Sequence record: NC_006883.2
Length of the DNA: 64,000 bases
Strand: one strand, 5' to 3'
In this document: piece by piece, positions 28,537-39,300 of the stretch
How the letters are laid out: each line of letters opens with the position of its first letter
Numbering within the stretch: the first letter of the stretch is position 1
The notes under the pieces: model-generated
Told to the model about the DNA's origin: nothing
The model's database searches: none
Seen by the model: the letters and a program-made list of their open reading frames with translations, nothing else
Position numbers and translations under genes: made by a program

Positions 28537-31500
28537 ATGCCACTTAATAAGTTAGAGAATTTCATAAAGAATAGTGAGGGTCGCATTCTTTATGTTAATC
28601 CAAATGATCTTGATGCCACTGATGGAATAGAAAATCAGGGTAACTCATTAACAAAACCATTTAAGACCTTACAAAGAGCACTTATCGAATCCGCTAGATT
28701 TTCATATCTAAGGGGAAATGATAATGATTTAGTAGAGAAGACAACAATATTACTGTTTCCAGGTGAACACTTAATAGATAACCGTCCAGGTTTTGGTATA
28801 AAAAGTGTTAGTGGAACTGCTACTGCTATTAGTCCAAGTAGTGCAGAATCAGGTGCTCAAAATACACTTACATTAACTCTTAATTCTAACTTTGATTTAA
28901 CGCAAGAAGATAATATACTTTATAAGTTCAATAGTACTGAAGGTGGTGTTATAGTTCCTAGAGGAACTTCTATTGTTGGATTAGACCTAAGAAAAACAAA
29001 GGTTCGTCCTAAGTATGTTCCAAATCCTACTGATGATAATGTAAAATCTACTGCTATCTTTAGGGTTACTGGTGCTTGTTATTTCTGGCAGTTCTCTATT
29101 TTTGATGGGGATGAATCTACAACAGTATATACAGACCCTACTAACTTTAGTAGTAGTAACAGATCAAAACCAGTATTCTCTCATCATAAGGTAACTTGCT
29201 TTGCGTATGCTGATGGTGTTAATAAGTTAGATCAATTTGATGGATTGACTGATCTAGATGTCTATTATAGTAAATTATCAAATGCATATAATAGAGCATC
29301 GATTAGAGATATTGATGAAAAGTATCCTGCTACTCCAGGTGGATTTTCAAAGCAAAGACCTGAGTATGAAATAGTTGGTGCATTTAATTCTGATAGACTT
29401 CAAGTTACAAGTATTATTTCAGGTGATGGTGCAACACCAGGTCAGGTTGTTACTGTAACTACATCTGTTCCTCATGAACTGACTGGTGGCACACCAATTA
29501 AGATTGAAGGTGTAAATGAATTAACTTATAATATTTCAACTAAAGTTAGTAGTGTTTTAAGTGATACTCAATTTACATATTTACTTCCATATGTTCCACC
29601 TAATCTAAAAGCTGGTCCTGCTGGTGGATTAAGTGCTGGTAGTGCAGAAGTAAGTGTAGAAGTTGATACTGTTACTGGTGCATCTCCTTATATCTTTAAC
29701 TGTTCATTAAGATCAGTTTATGGTATGCAGGGTATGAACGCTGATGGTGCTAAGGCAACTGGATTTAGATCTATGGTTGTTGCTCAGTTTACTGGTATAT
29801 CACTACAGAAAGATGATCGTGCATTTGTAAAATATAATAAGAATAGTAGATCTTATGATGGTATTAGTTATCAGAGACAAACTGGTGAATTGCTATCATC
29901 AGAATCATCATCTTTAAATGCTGCTACTGTCTATCACTTAGATAAAGATGCTGTTTATAGGGATGGGTGGAAGACAGCACATATTACAATTCAGAATGAT
30001 GCAATCTTACAGATTGTTTCTGTGTTCGCTATTGGTTATCATATTCATTTCTTAGGTAAATCTGGTGGTGACGCATCGATTACAAACTCTAACTCTAACT
30101 TCGGTCAGTTTGCTCTTGCTGCTGATGGATTTAAGAAAGAATCCTTTGATAAAGATAATAAAGGATTTATATCTGCTATTATCGCACCTAAAGCAGTTGT
30201 CAGTACAGAGGCTAATATTGAGTTGAATCAGCTTGATACTTCCGTTCATACTGCATATAAAACTGCTGATACTTCAACAAATAAGATTCTTAGTAGAAGT
30301 AAGTTATTCTTATTAGGTCAAACTAATGAGAACTTAGTACCATCTGAAATTGCACAGGGATATAGAATCGGTGCGAGAGTTGGTGAGAAGTTTTATATAG
30401 ATTTAGCAAATGGAACTAAGGTTCAGGCTACCATTTGTATGTCCAATAAGGAAATTGTTGGTGGCAATGCTTCAACAGTAACTTCATCTGTACAAGTTAC
30501 TTCAGAGAAGGAGTATGAAGGTACTCATAATGATACTACTCAAGGAAGTGCATCTATAGAACATAAGATAGTTCTTAATAATTTACGCTCTATTGGTGCT
30601 AAACATGATCTTAATAATGGTGAGTCTATAAGAATTATTGCTGAAGATGCTGACTTACCAGAAGGTTTAGATCCTCATAGAATTTATTATGCGATTACTA
30701 ATGAGAAAAACTCTTCAAGACAAGATGGTATTAGTTTAGATGATTATACAATCCAGATTGCATCATCAAAAACTAACGCTGATAGAACTACACCACAATA
30801 TATTAAGACTGTTTCTAATCCTGCTGCTGGTAAATTAAAAATTATTAGTAGAGTTTCTGATAAAAAACCAGGTGACTTAGGACACCCAATGCAGTTTGAT
30901 TCTACAGTAACAGTTCAACTAGAAGGTGGTGGTACTTCAACAGGTAACTGGTTTATTCATGTTGATGGTACTTCTGATAATACTGCTGCAACTTATAATA
31001 CTGTATGGGATAATTTTGCTAATCTAGATGCTGATGATGAGGATATTCCTTACATCCAAAGATTAAATGATAGTAGAAGTTTAGATGATAAACTCTATAA
31101 GTTTAGATATGTAATTCCAAAAGAATTAGAAAATGCTAGAGACCCTAACGATAGTTTCATCATTCAAGATTCTAGTTCTACTAATGTAAGAGCATTAGCA
31201 GATTTTACTAGAACCTCTCTAGAGGCAAAAGATTATGATTTTAATAGGAATACACGATTTATTTCTTATCTTGATTACAATAGTACTACTAAGATAGTTA
31301 CTATTAGATCTGATAAGTCACATAACTTAAATGCTGGTGAACAAATTATCCTTAAGAATATAATTTGTACTGTTAATGCTAGTGGTGCAGCAGATAAAGG
31401 ATATAATGGAACATTCTTAGTTAATAGTATTATTAACGATAAAGTTTTTACCTATAAGACAACTGATATTTTAGGTAATGTTCATAATGTAGGAACTTAT

Positions 31501-34263
31501 GGTAATGATACCCATACTAGGACTCTTTCATTACCTAGATTTGAGAGGAATAATAACCAAGAAAACTTATTCATCTATAGAACCGAAACAATTTTACCGT
31601 ATGTTGAGGGAGCACAAGACGGTGTTTACCATATGTACGTTCTGAATGGTAGTAATACTATAGAAGAAGAATTTGCTGCTGGTAAGTACAATCAAAATGT
31701 TGTTAATCTTTATCCAGAATTAGATCGAGATAATGTAAATGACAATCCACAGGAAGCATCTAGTTACGCTAAGAGATTCCCTATTGGTGATGTAGTTACT
31801 AATGATCTTAAGAAGAGTATCACTAGAGAAACTGCCAATAAACTAATTAATAGTTTTGGTGTTGCAAATACAATTAGTGATGTAACTGATAATACTACTT
31901 CTGCTGTTCTAACACTTACAAGAGAACATGATCTCGGTGGTTTGAAGTATGGTGGAACATTAGCAGGTGGAGGTGGACATACTGATGGAACTTACTATAA
32001 CGTAAAATTATTTGATGATGCTTCTGCTCCTGCTTCTGCTGTATGGAAAGGTGCTACTGCTAAAGTTGTTGTTAGTGGTGGAGCAGTTACCGAGTATGAG
32101 ATAACTGAACCAGGATCAGCATATAAGAGTACATTATCCCCACTATACTTTGACTCTTCATTAGTAGCTCAAGGTGGTATTGGTGGAGCTCCTAGTTCTA
32201 ATATTGCTATTACTGATGCAAACATTAGTTTAGCAAATAGCGGATATGTTCAAGTAACTGGTATTAGTACAGGAACAGATCAATACTTCAGGGTTAATGA
32301 TGCTACGGATATTAATAAAATCAATATTAATAAGACTGCAAGTGAAACAATTCTGAATGGTCAAACTGTTGTTAGTGTAGGACCTATTGTTGAAGTTAGT
32401 ACTTCTAGTGGAACTGATACAACTACATTTAATTGTAGTACAGCACACGGATTACTTAAAGGAAATCGTTTCAGAGTATTAAATGCTTCTGATGCTAATC
32501 TTGGAGACTTTATTGTTACTGAAGTTGTGGATGTAGATAGTTTTACTGCATTAACTCCAGGTGGATTAACATCTCCTAAGTATATTCTTAAGCATGGATT
32601 ATCTGCTAATGATGGTAACTCTGGTAAGCAAGGTGAAAGTTTAGGAGTAAGAGGAGTTGCTTTCTATGATAATGAATCTCTAGTTCTGAATGATACTATT
32701 ACTTCAGTTACGGATGAAATTAAAGTTACTCTACCTGGTGGAGGTACGACTGCTGCATCTATTCAGGCAAGATTCCCATTAGGTTCATTCATTCAAGTTG
32801 ATAGTGAAATAATGAGAGTTGTTGATGAAACTATTGGTAGTGGAACAACACTTAAAGTTATTCGTGGTGCATTAGGTACTATTGTTGATAACCACGTTCT
32901 TAATTCTCAGATTAAGAAGATTAAACCTCTTTCTGTTGAACTAAGAAGACCATCTATTCTAAGAGCATCTGGTCATACATTTGAATACCTTGGTTATGGT
33001 CCAGGTAACTACTCAACTGGTTTACCTCAAGTTCAACTTAAATCTCTAACTGAGAGAGAAGAGTTCTTATCACAATCACAAGAAACTTCTTGTGGTACTG
33101 TTGTTTACACAGGTATGAATGATAAGGGTGATTTCTATATTGGAAACACTAAGATTTCATCTGACTCTGGTGAACAGATAACATTTGATATTCCAATTCC
33201 AACTGTAACAGGTGAAGATCCAAGTACGCTTAGTGTTGTATTTGATGAAGTAATCATTAAAGATAGACTACTTGTTGAGGGTGGAAGTTCTAATACAATT
33301 CTATCTCAGTTTAATGGACCTGTAACATTCAACGGTAATGTAAGATTCAACAAGGATCTTAAAGTTGCAACCAACTTAACTGTTGATGGTATAGTTAAAT
33401 TTAATAATGAAACAGTAGCATCATCTACTTGTGGTGTGACTCCTACAGGATCATTAGTGGTTAAAGGTGGAGTTTCTATTGGTGATAAGGTAAGTGCTAC
33501 TGGTGCAGTATCCTTAAATGTACTAGATGGTATTGTTAGAATTTGTGAAAATGCTGCATCAACTAGTTCTACTACAGGTGCTTTAATAGTTGGTGGTGGT
33601 GTTGGTATTGCTGGTCAACTTTCTCTTGGTGGTGTTTTAGATGTTACTGGCAGCATAAATGCTGGTGGTGGTTTACATTTACCTGATAATGTTAAATTAA
33701 CTGCTGGTGGAACTACTTCTGGACCATATTTCTCTATTGAACATGATGTTGTTGGTGGTGTTCGCAATAATATTATTAAAGATGAATCACTCTCTAACAT
33801 ATACTTGCGAAGTGATGCGAATATTGAAATAGGTAATAAGGATGGCACAGAGCAAGGTTTAATTTATACTGCTGGAGCAGGTATTAAATTACGTCATGGC
33901 ACTACCTTAAGGTTTGAGACTAATACTTCTGGTGCTAAAGTTCATGGTGCTTTAGAAGTAACTGATGATATTACTGCATACTCAACTTCTGATGCAAGAT
34001 TGAAGAATGATGTTAAACCAATACAAGATTCTCTTGCTAAGGTTAATTCAATTTCAGGTAATACCTTTACTTGGAATGAGGCATCTAAGAAAGAGGGACA
34101 GGAAGATACTGGTGTGATCGCACAAGAAATTTCTGCTATCGGATTACCTGGCACAGTAACCATCAGAGAAGATGGAACCTATGCTGTTGATTATGAGAAG
34201 TTAGTTCCACTTCTATTGGAAGCAATCAAGGAATTATCTAATAAGGTTGATACTTTATCATAA
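28537..34263 (+). CDS. 1908-aa virion structural/fibre protein with C-terminal S74 intramolecular chaperone
   Basis: MPLNKLENFIKNSEGRILYVNP cyanophage structural N-terminus; repeated VT.T...HEL/HNL/HGL beta domains; SDARLK...FTWN...GVIAQE...VDYEKLVPLLLEAIKEL from about 33988. Confidence 0.85.
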   Translation: MPLNKLENFIKNSEGRILYVNPNDLDATDGIENQGNSLTKPFKTLQRALIESARFSYLRGNDNDLVEKTTILLFPGEHLIDNRPGFGIKSVSGTATAISPSSAESGAQNTLTLTLNSNFDLTQEDNILYKFNSTEGGVIVPRGTSIVGLDLRKTKVRPKYVPNPTDDNVKSTAIFRVTGACYFWQFSIFDGDESTTVYTDPTNFSSSNRSKPVFSHHKVTCFAYADGVNKLDQFDGLTDLDVYYSKLSNAYNRASIRDIDEKYPATPGGFSKQRPEYEIVGAFNSDRLQVTSIISGDGATPGQVVTVTTSVPHELTGGTPIKIEGVNELTYNISTKVSSVLSDTQFTYLLPYVPPNLKAGPAGGLSAGSAEVSVEVDTVTGASPYIFNCSLRSVYGMQGMNADGAKATGFRSMVVAQFTGISLQKDDRAFVKYNKNSRSYDGISYQRQTGELLSSESSSLNAATVYHLDKDAVYRDGWKTAHITIQNDAILQIVSVFAIGYHIHFLGKSGGDASITNSNSNFGQFALAADGFKKESFDKDNKGFISAIIAPKAVVSTEANIELNQLDTSVHTAYKTADTSTNKILSRSKLFLLGQTNENLVPSEIAQGYRIGARVGEKFYIDLANGTKVQATICMSNKEIVGGNASTVTSSVQVTSEKEYEGTHNDTTQGSASIEHKIVLNNLRSIGAKHDLNNGESIRIIAEDADLPEGLDPHRIYYAITNEKNSSRQDGISLDDYTIQIASSKTNADRTTPQYIKTVSNPAAGKLKIISRVSDKKPGDLGHPMQFDSTVTVQLEGGGTSTGNWFIHVDGTSDNTAATYNTVWDNFANLDADDEDIPYIQRLNDSRSLDDKLYKFRYVIPKELENARDPNDSFIIQDSSSTNVRALADFTRTSLEAKDYDFNRNTRFISYLDYNSTTKIVTIRSDKSHNLNAGEQIILKNIICTVNASGAADKGYNGTFLVNSIINDKVFTYKTTDILGNVHNVGTYGNDTHTRTLSLPRFERNNNQENLFIYRTETILPYVEGAQDGVYHMYVLNGSNTIEEEFAAGKYNQNVVNLYPELDRDNVNDNPQEASSYAKRFPIGDVVTNDLKKSITRETANKLINSFGVANTISDVTDNTTSAVLTLTREHDLGGLKYGGTLAGGGGHTDGTYYNVKLFDDASAPASAVWKGATAKVVVSGGAVTEYEITEPGSAYKSTLSPLYFDSSLVAQGGIGGAPSSNIAITDANISLANSGYVQVTGISTGTDQYFRVNDATDINKININKTASETILNGQTVVSVGPIVEVSTSSGTDTTTFNCSTAHGLLKGNRFRVLNASDANLGDFIVTEVVDVDSFTALTPGGLTSPKYILKHGLSANDGNSGKQGESLGVRGVAFYDNESLVLNDTITSVTDEIKVTLPGGGTTAASIQARFPLGSFIQVDSEIMRVVDETIGSGTTLKVIRGALGTIVDNHVLNSQIKKIKPLSVELRRPSILRASGHTFEYLGYGPGNYSTGLPQVQLKSLTEREEFLSQSQETSCGTVVYTGMNDKGDFYIGNTKISSDSGEQITFDIPIPTVTGEDPSTLSVVFDEVIIKDRLLVEGGSSNTILSQFNGPVTFNGNVRFNKDLKVATNLTVDGIVKFNNETVASSTCGVTPTGSLVVKGGVSIGDKVSATGAVSLNVLDGIVRICENAASTSSTTGALIVGGGVGIAGQLSLGGVLDVTGSINAGGGLHLPDNVKLTAGGTTSGPYFSIEHDVVGGVRNNIIKDESLSNIYLRSDANIEIGNKDGTEQGLIYTAGAGIKLRHGTTLRFETNTSGAKVHGALEVTDDITAYSTSDARLKNDVKPIQDSLAKVNSISGNTFTWNEASKKEGQEDTGVIAQEISAIGLPGTVTIREDGTYAVDYEKLVPLLLEAIKELSNKVDTLS

Positions 34264-34269
34264 TAAATA
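34263..34269 (+). promoter_or_regulatory. Late promoter
   Basis: ATAAATA 16 nt before ATG 34286. Confidence 0.55.
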
Positions 34270-34285
34270 ACTAAAAATAATATTA

Positions 34286-36307
34286 ATGGCTAATATTAAG
34301 AAGACATTTAATTTCCGTAATGGTGTTCAGGTTGATGATGATAATCTGATCGTAAACCAAACGGGTCTGGTTGGTATCGGAACTACTGTTCCAACTGAGG
34401 CTTTGGATGTCCGAGGAAAAGTTAAAGTTATTGCAGATCCTAATGTTACTGGATCTGGAGAGATTAATGCAACTACAGGTATAATTACATCTTTAACTGT
34501 AACCAATTTAACCGTTAGTGGAAATAATTATTCTGGTGGTGTAATTGGTGTTGGTATTAGTGTTGGAACAGCAGGTATTATAACTGCAACAGAACCAACT
34601 GGTATTGTTACTTATTATGGTGATGGTAAAGAATTATTGAATCTTCCCACATCACAGTGGTTAGATAAAGACGTAGGATTAGGATATACAAGTATATACG
34701 CTCAAGGTGGCGTAGGTGTGGGGACAGTAGATCCTCGATTTACCTTCCAAGTTAGTGGAAATAATGACTTAACTAACTTTGAAGAAGGTGTAGGTATTAA
34801 TGATAAGGGTGGTATTGTAGCGACAGGTGTTATTACTGCTACTACCTTTAAAGGACATGTTGATGGATCTGTATCTAGTGGATTATCAACCATTACACAG
34901 TTACAGTCTACAAATGCAAATGTTACTGGTGTAGTTACTGCTACTGAATTTAAAGGAGATGTTACTGGTGATGTAGTTAGTGGTGTATCAACAATCACTA
35001 CCTTACAATCAACCACGATAAATGCAGGTCTTATAAACGCTACTGGTGCAGGATTTACTGGTGCTTTATCGGGTGATGTTACTGGTAATGTTACTGGTAA
35101 TGTTAATGGTAATATTAATGCGGTAACAGGTATTTCAACACTTAATATACTTAAGATACTTGGAACTATTGATGGTGATACTGTTTCTGGTATTCTTACT
35201 ACTGGAAGATTAACTGCTGCTACTTCAACTATAGGTGTGGCAACAGCAGCATCATTAAATGTTCAAGGTAAATTGGGAGTTGGTATCAATAACCCAATAG
35301 GTGATATTCAGGTATATAAGTCAGGAATTTCTACTGTTAATGTTGTTGGTGAAGAGTTTGCTGTTCTACAATTAGGTCAGAGAGATTCGATTGGTATTGG
35401 AGCAAGCACAGCACAGTTTAAGTTTGGTGAAACTAGTCAAGAACTTGATATTATTAATGGAGATCCTGGTAGCATCAATAGTATTATTCATGGTGGTGGA
35501 TCTGCTGGTATTAATACTGGATCATTTAACTGGATATATGGTGTAAATAACAGCACACTAATGTCACTAGACTATACTGGAAAGTTGGGTGTTAATAAAC
35601 CTGATCCAGAATATCCTTTAGATGTAAGTGGTATTGGAACATTCTCAAGTGATGTTTATGTAAGAAATTCTTTAGATGTTGGTGTTTTACTGACTGTTGG
35701 TGGTAATGCAACTGTTGCTGGAACATTAGGAGTTACTAGTAGTGTGACTGTTGGTGGAGATTTAAATGTTACTGGAGTATTTAATTATCCTTCAGACGTT
35801 CCTGCTGATAAATTGCCAGATCAAATTGATGTTAGAATAAATTCTGCTGGAGTATCTACATTCTTAGGTGGTGTTAACCTTGGAGCAGTTCAAGTTGGTG
35901 GATTAAATGGAGTTATCTCTGGTGTATCCACGATTGGAATCTTAACTTCTGCGGAAAATATTCCATTAGCTATGGGTGTTTATTCACCAACAGCAAAGGC
36001 AGTTTTCAATAGACTGGGTGTTGGTAATACTGATCCTATAAATGCGTTGGATGTTACTGGTACTATTCAAGCAACTCAATATCTTGGAGTTGGTAATCAA
36101 CCAATAGGTGCTGCGGTTGACTTCTCTAATGCTGGTAGGGGACTTACTGTACCATCTTTACAGAATAGAAACTTTATGCTCCCACCAAAAGTTACTACAA
36201 CTGAGAGAAGTAACTTAGCAGGATTAGCTGCTGGTGCAATAATATACAATACTACTACAAACAAACTTCAAGTTTATAATGGATCTTCGTGGCAGAACCT
36301 TCACTAA
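34286..36307 (+). CDS. Tail fibre-like protein
   Basis: MANIKKTFNFRNGVQVD N-terminus; VGIGT..P..LDV and GIITAT.F.G repeats; GDVTGNVTG; C-terminal GAIIYNTTTNKLQVYNGSSW. Confidence 0.8.
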   Translation: MANIKKTFNFRNGVQVDDDNLIVNQTGLVGIGTTVPTEALDVRGKVKVIADPNVTGSGEINATTGIITSLTVTNLTVSGNNYSGGVIGVGISVGTAGIITATEPTGIVTYYGDGKELLNLPTSQWLDKDVGLGYTSIYAQGGVGVGTVDPRFTFQVSGNNDLTNFEEGVGINDKGGIVATGVITATTFKGHVDGSVSSGLSTITQLQSTNANVTGVVTATEFKGDVTGDVVSGVSTITTLQSTTINAGLINATGAGFTGALSGDVTGNVTGNVNGNINAVTGISTLNILKILGTIDGDTVSGILTTGRLTAATSTIGVATAASLNVQGKLGVGINNPIGDIQVYKSGISTVNVVGEEFAVLQLGQRDSIGIGASTAQFKFGETSQELDIINGDPGSINSIIHGGGSAGINTGSFNWIYGVNNSTLMSLDYTGKLGVNKPDPEYPLDVSGIGTFSSDVYVRNSLDVGVLLTVGGNATVAGTLGVTSSVTVGGDLNVTGVFNYPSDVPADKLPDQIDVRINSAGVSTFLGGVNLGAVQVGGLNGVISGVSTIGILTSAENIPLAMGVYSPTAKAVFNRLGVGNTDPINALDVTGTIQATQYLGVGNQPIGAAVDFSNAGRGLTVPSLQNRNFMLPPKVTTTERSNLAGLAAGAIIYNTTTNKLQVYNGSSWQNLH

Positions 36308-36317
36308 GGAATAATTA

Positions 36318-39300
36318 ATGGGAATTAGTGTAACCAAGGCAGGACCATATTTCGGTTCAGGTGAAATAAAGTTTAGTCAATTAAGATCTAACTTTAAGGA
36401 AACTAGTAGTGGATCTATTTCTGCTTCAGAACTTTTTAGAAATACAAATCTCTATGATAGAGAACCTATAACACCAGATTCTACTGAGAATGATCAAATA
36501 GCATCTGATCCATTTCCAGTAAGTGTATCTTGGGATACAACTTATGGACCAGCATATGTTGCTGGACAAAATTATGTGGAGGCGATGCCATATAGTACAA
36601 ATTATCCTAGAGGTTCTTTTGACTATTATTTTGGTGGTGTTAAAGTAGGAACACTTGATCTTGATACTGCTACACAGACTTACATAGAACTTGGTGATAT
36701 TAGGTATGATTCACATACTCAACAGCCAGCAGAATGGACTGTTATTGATCCTATGAGTCATATCTCTGGTCAAAATTATGTAGAACTTACAACACCTACT
36801 CAACAATTTCCTGCAGGAACCTTTAAATATTATTGGGATAGTGTTCTTCAAGGAACTCTTAATATTCAAGGTGCTACTGTTGATTATGTTGAGGTCACTA
36901 ATCAATATGGTAGTTTTAGATTTAAAGGTGGAACATTACAAGCGGATGGAACCTATTCAATCGAAAGATCTAAATTAACACAAAATTTTTATTCAATATC
37001 AAAAGTAGAACGCACGATTGGTACTGGTGGTAGTGGTCCTTTCAGATATTCTGGTGTAGGTAAGAATTTAAAAGCATCACAATTTAGAAATTCTATTAAG
37101 AGATATACTGCTAATCAATCTGGTAATGATCAATTCTTAGATATGGGTCTGAAGAGTGGTTCAGGTGGAATTGATTGGGATGGTACTAATAACTTAGATG
37201 CTTCTGGTGTTGGTGGAAATTATCAAAGAAATGTACAGAAGATAATTAATATAACAGGAATAGCGTATTCTGATGATGAAGGAACTAATGGTTCTGTAGG
37301 TGGTGGTGGAAGAGGACATACTAAAAAGGCTGCTGCTAAGTTGGTTATGCCTAATCCATTAAAAGCTTTGAATACAAGGCTTCATGTTAGTGGTGGAATA
37401 TATGGTGCTGGTGGTAAAGGTGGTTTCTTTGGTGCTAGTCATACTCCTCAAGATGAAGGTGATCCAGGTAAAGATGGTGGACCAGCATTATCAATATCAC
37501 ATGGAGGAATAGAAAGTATAACTTATATTCATGTTGAAGGTGGTAAGATATATGGTGGCGGTGGCGGTGGAGAACAGGGAATACAAGGAGAGTGGCCTGT
37601 TGCTGCTGGTGTATGTGATTTAGGTGGATATACAAGTTGTTCTGGTGGTGGAACAGTTTGTACTACTGGTGGTGGATATGTAGCTGGATATAATGAAGGA
37701 TGTCATGGTAGTGGTAGTGGTGGAAGTTGTGGACCAGGAGAAATAAGTGCTAGTTTACACATAGCAACATTACCTTGTCCTGATGGCAGTGGATATGGAA
37801 CCATTTCTGCTACTTATTGCTATACACAAACTTGTGTTACAACTCCACGTACTTGTAGTTACACTTCATATGGTAGTTATACCTCAACTTTACCAATTCA
37901 AGGTAGAGGTGGTGCTGGTGGTAATGGTGCTGCTGGTGTTCCTGGATCACCTAATTATCAAGCTCAAAGTAGTGGAAGTGCTGGAACACAAGATGTAGAT
38001 GCTAAATGTAATTCTGGTGGAACATTAGGAGGTGCTAAGAACTCAAGTCCAGGTGGTACTGGTGAAGATGGTGGACAGCATGGTTCTCCTGGTGGTTCTA
38101 ACGCTGGTAAGAGTCCTGCTGCTAGTGGATTATCACAAGGAGAAGGTGGTGGTAAAGGTGGAGCTGCTGTATGTGGACAATACTTTAAGACACCATTATT
38201 AGGCAATACTGGATCAAGTAATGTTAGAGGTACTATTGGAAATCAGTGTGATGGAACAACTTCACCACCTATTATCGTTCCTAATGCACCAACTGTTACT
38301 ATGGGTGATGTTAATTACATTAGGTTTAACTATCCTGATTTAGATGGTACACAGACTCAAACTCTAAATGTAACTGGTACTGTATCTGCTAAGTTTGCTC
38401 ATATGTGGAATGATAAGAATGATTATGGACGTGGGATGGATGGAATAAAGATATACAAACCAGACGGATCAGTTTTATGGAGTAGTGTTTTTAATGTTGA
38501 TTTCTCAGACCCAGGAAGTTCGATACCACAAACATATTACTCTCCTCAACTTACTATAACTGAAGGGATATATCCTGTTGAATTTATTAACTTAAATTCA
38601 AGAAATCAAGGTGGAACTGATTCAAATGGAAAACCTTATCTTAAAGCAGGTCATTTATTAGAAATAGGTCAGAAGATGTTTTTCGTAGATGATCATGAAA
38701 ATGATAGAAACCAAGAGGTTTATATATTACCTAATGGAACTGATACTATTTGGCAGAAATCTTATATAACAGGAACTCATGGTTCTGCTAGTGACGCTAA
38801 TGGTTGGGCAGGAGATACTTCATCCGAGTATGTTGGTATGAACCAATATTGGTCAGCATTTATGCGTAGATTAGCATACTGGGAAAATAATAGTGATCCA
38901 AAGACTCAAAGTGGTGCTGAACCTAGTTTCTTCCAAGCTTGGTCTTTCAATCCACCAATAACTAGGGGTGTTAATGAATATAGACTCAGAGCTCAATCTG
39001 ATAATGACTGTAAATTCTTCATAGATCAGACATTTCAAATTGCAGAGACTTCAAAATACGATAACAGTGGAGTTGACGTATTAGATGTACCTATAAATTA
39101 TAGTTTTGTAAATGGTGTTAACGCATCAGTTAGGGTGCAGTGTTTCAATAGACAACCAAATAATATAAGTTGGAATACGATTAATGCTCCAGGATATGTT
39201 GCTGGACAAAATTATGTAGTGTTCACAACAGCTACTACACAATATCCTAGAGGAACTTTTGAATATTATTGGGGTGGTGTTAAAGTAGGAACACTTAATA

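Noticed and set aside
28537-34263. Intein or peptidase moron in the 1908-aa gene
   Set aside because: No intein C/S...HN-C/S/T blocks seen; the S74 domain is a normal self-cleaving fibre chaperone.
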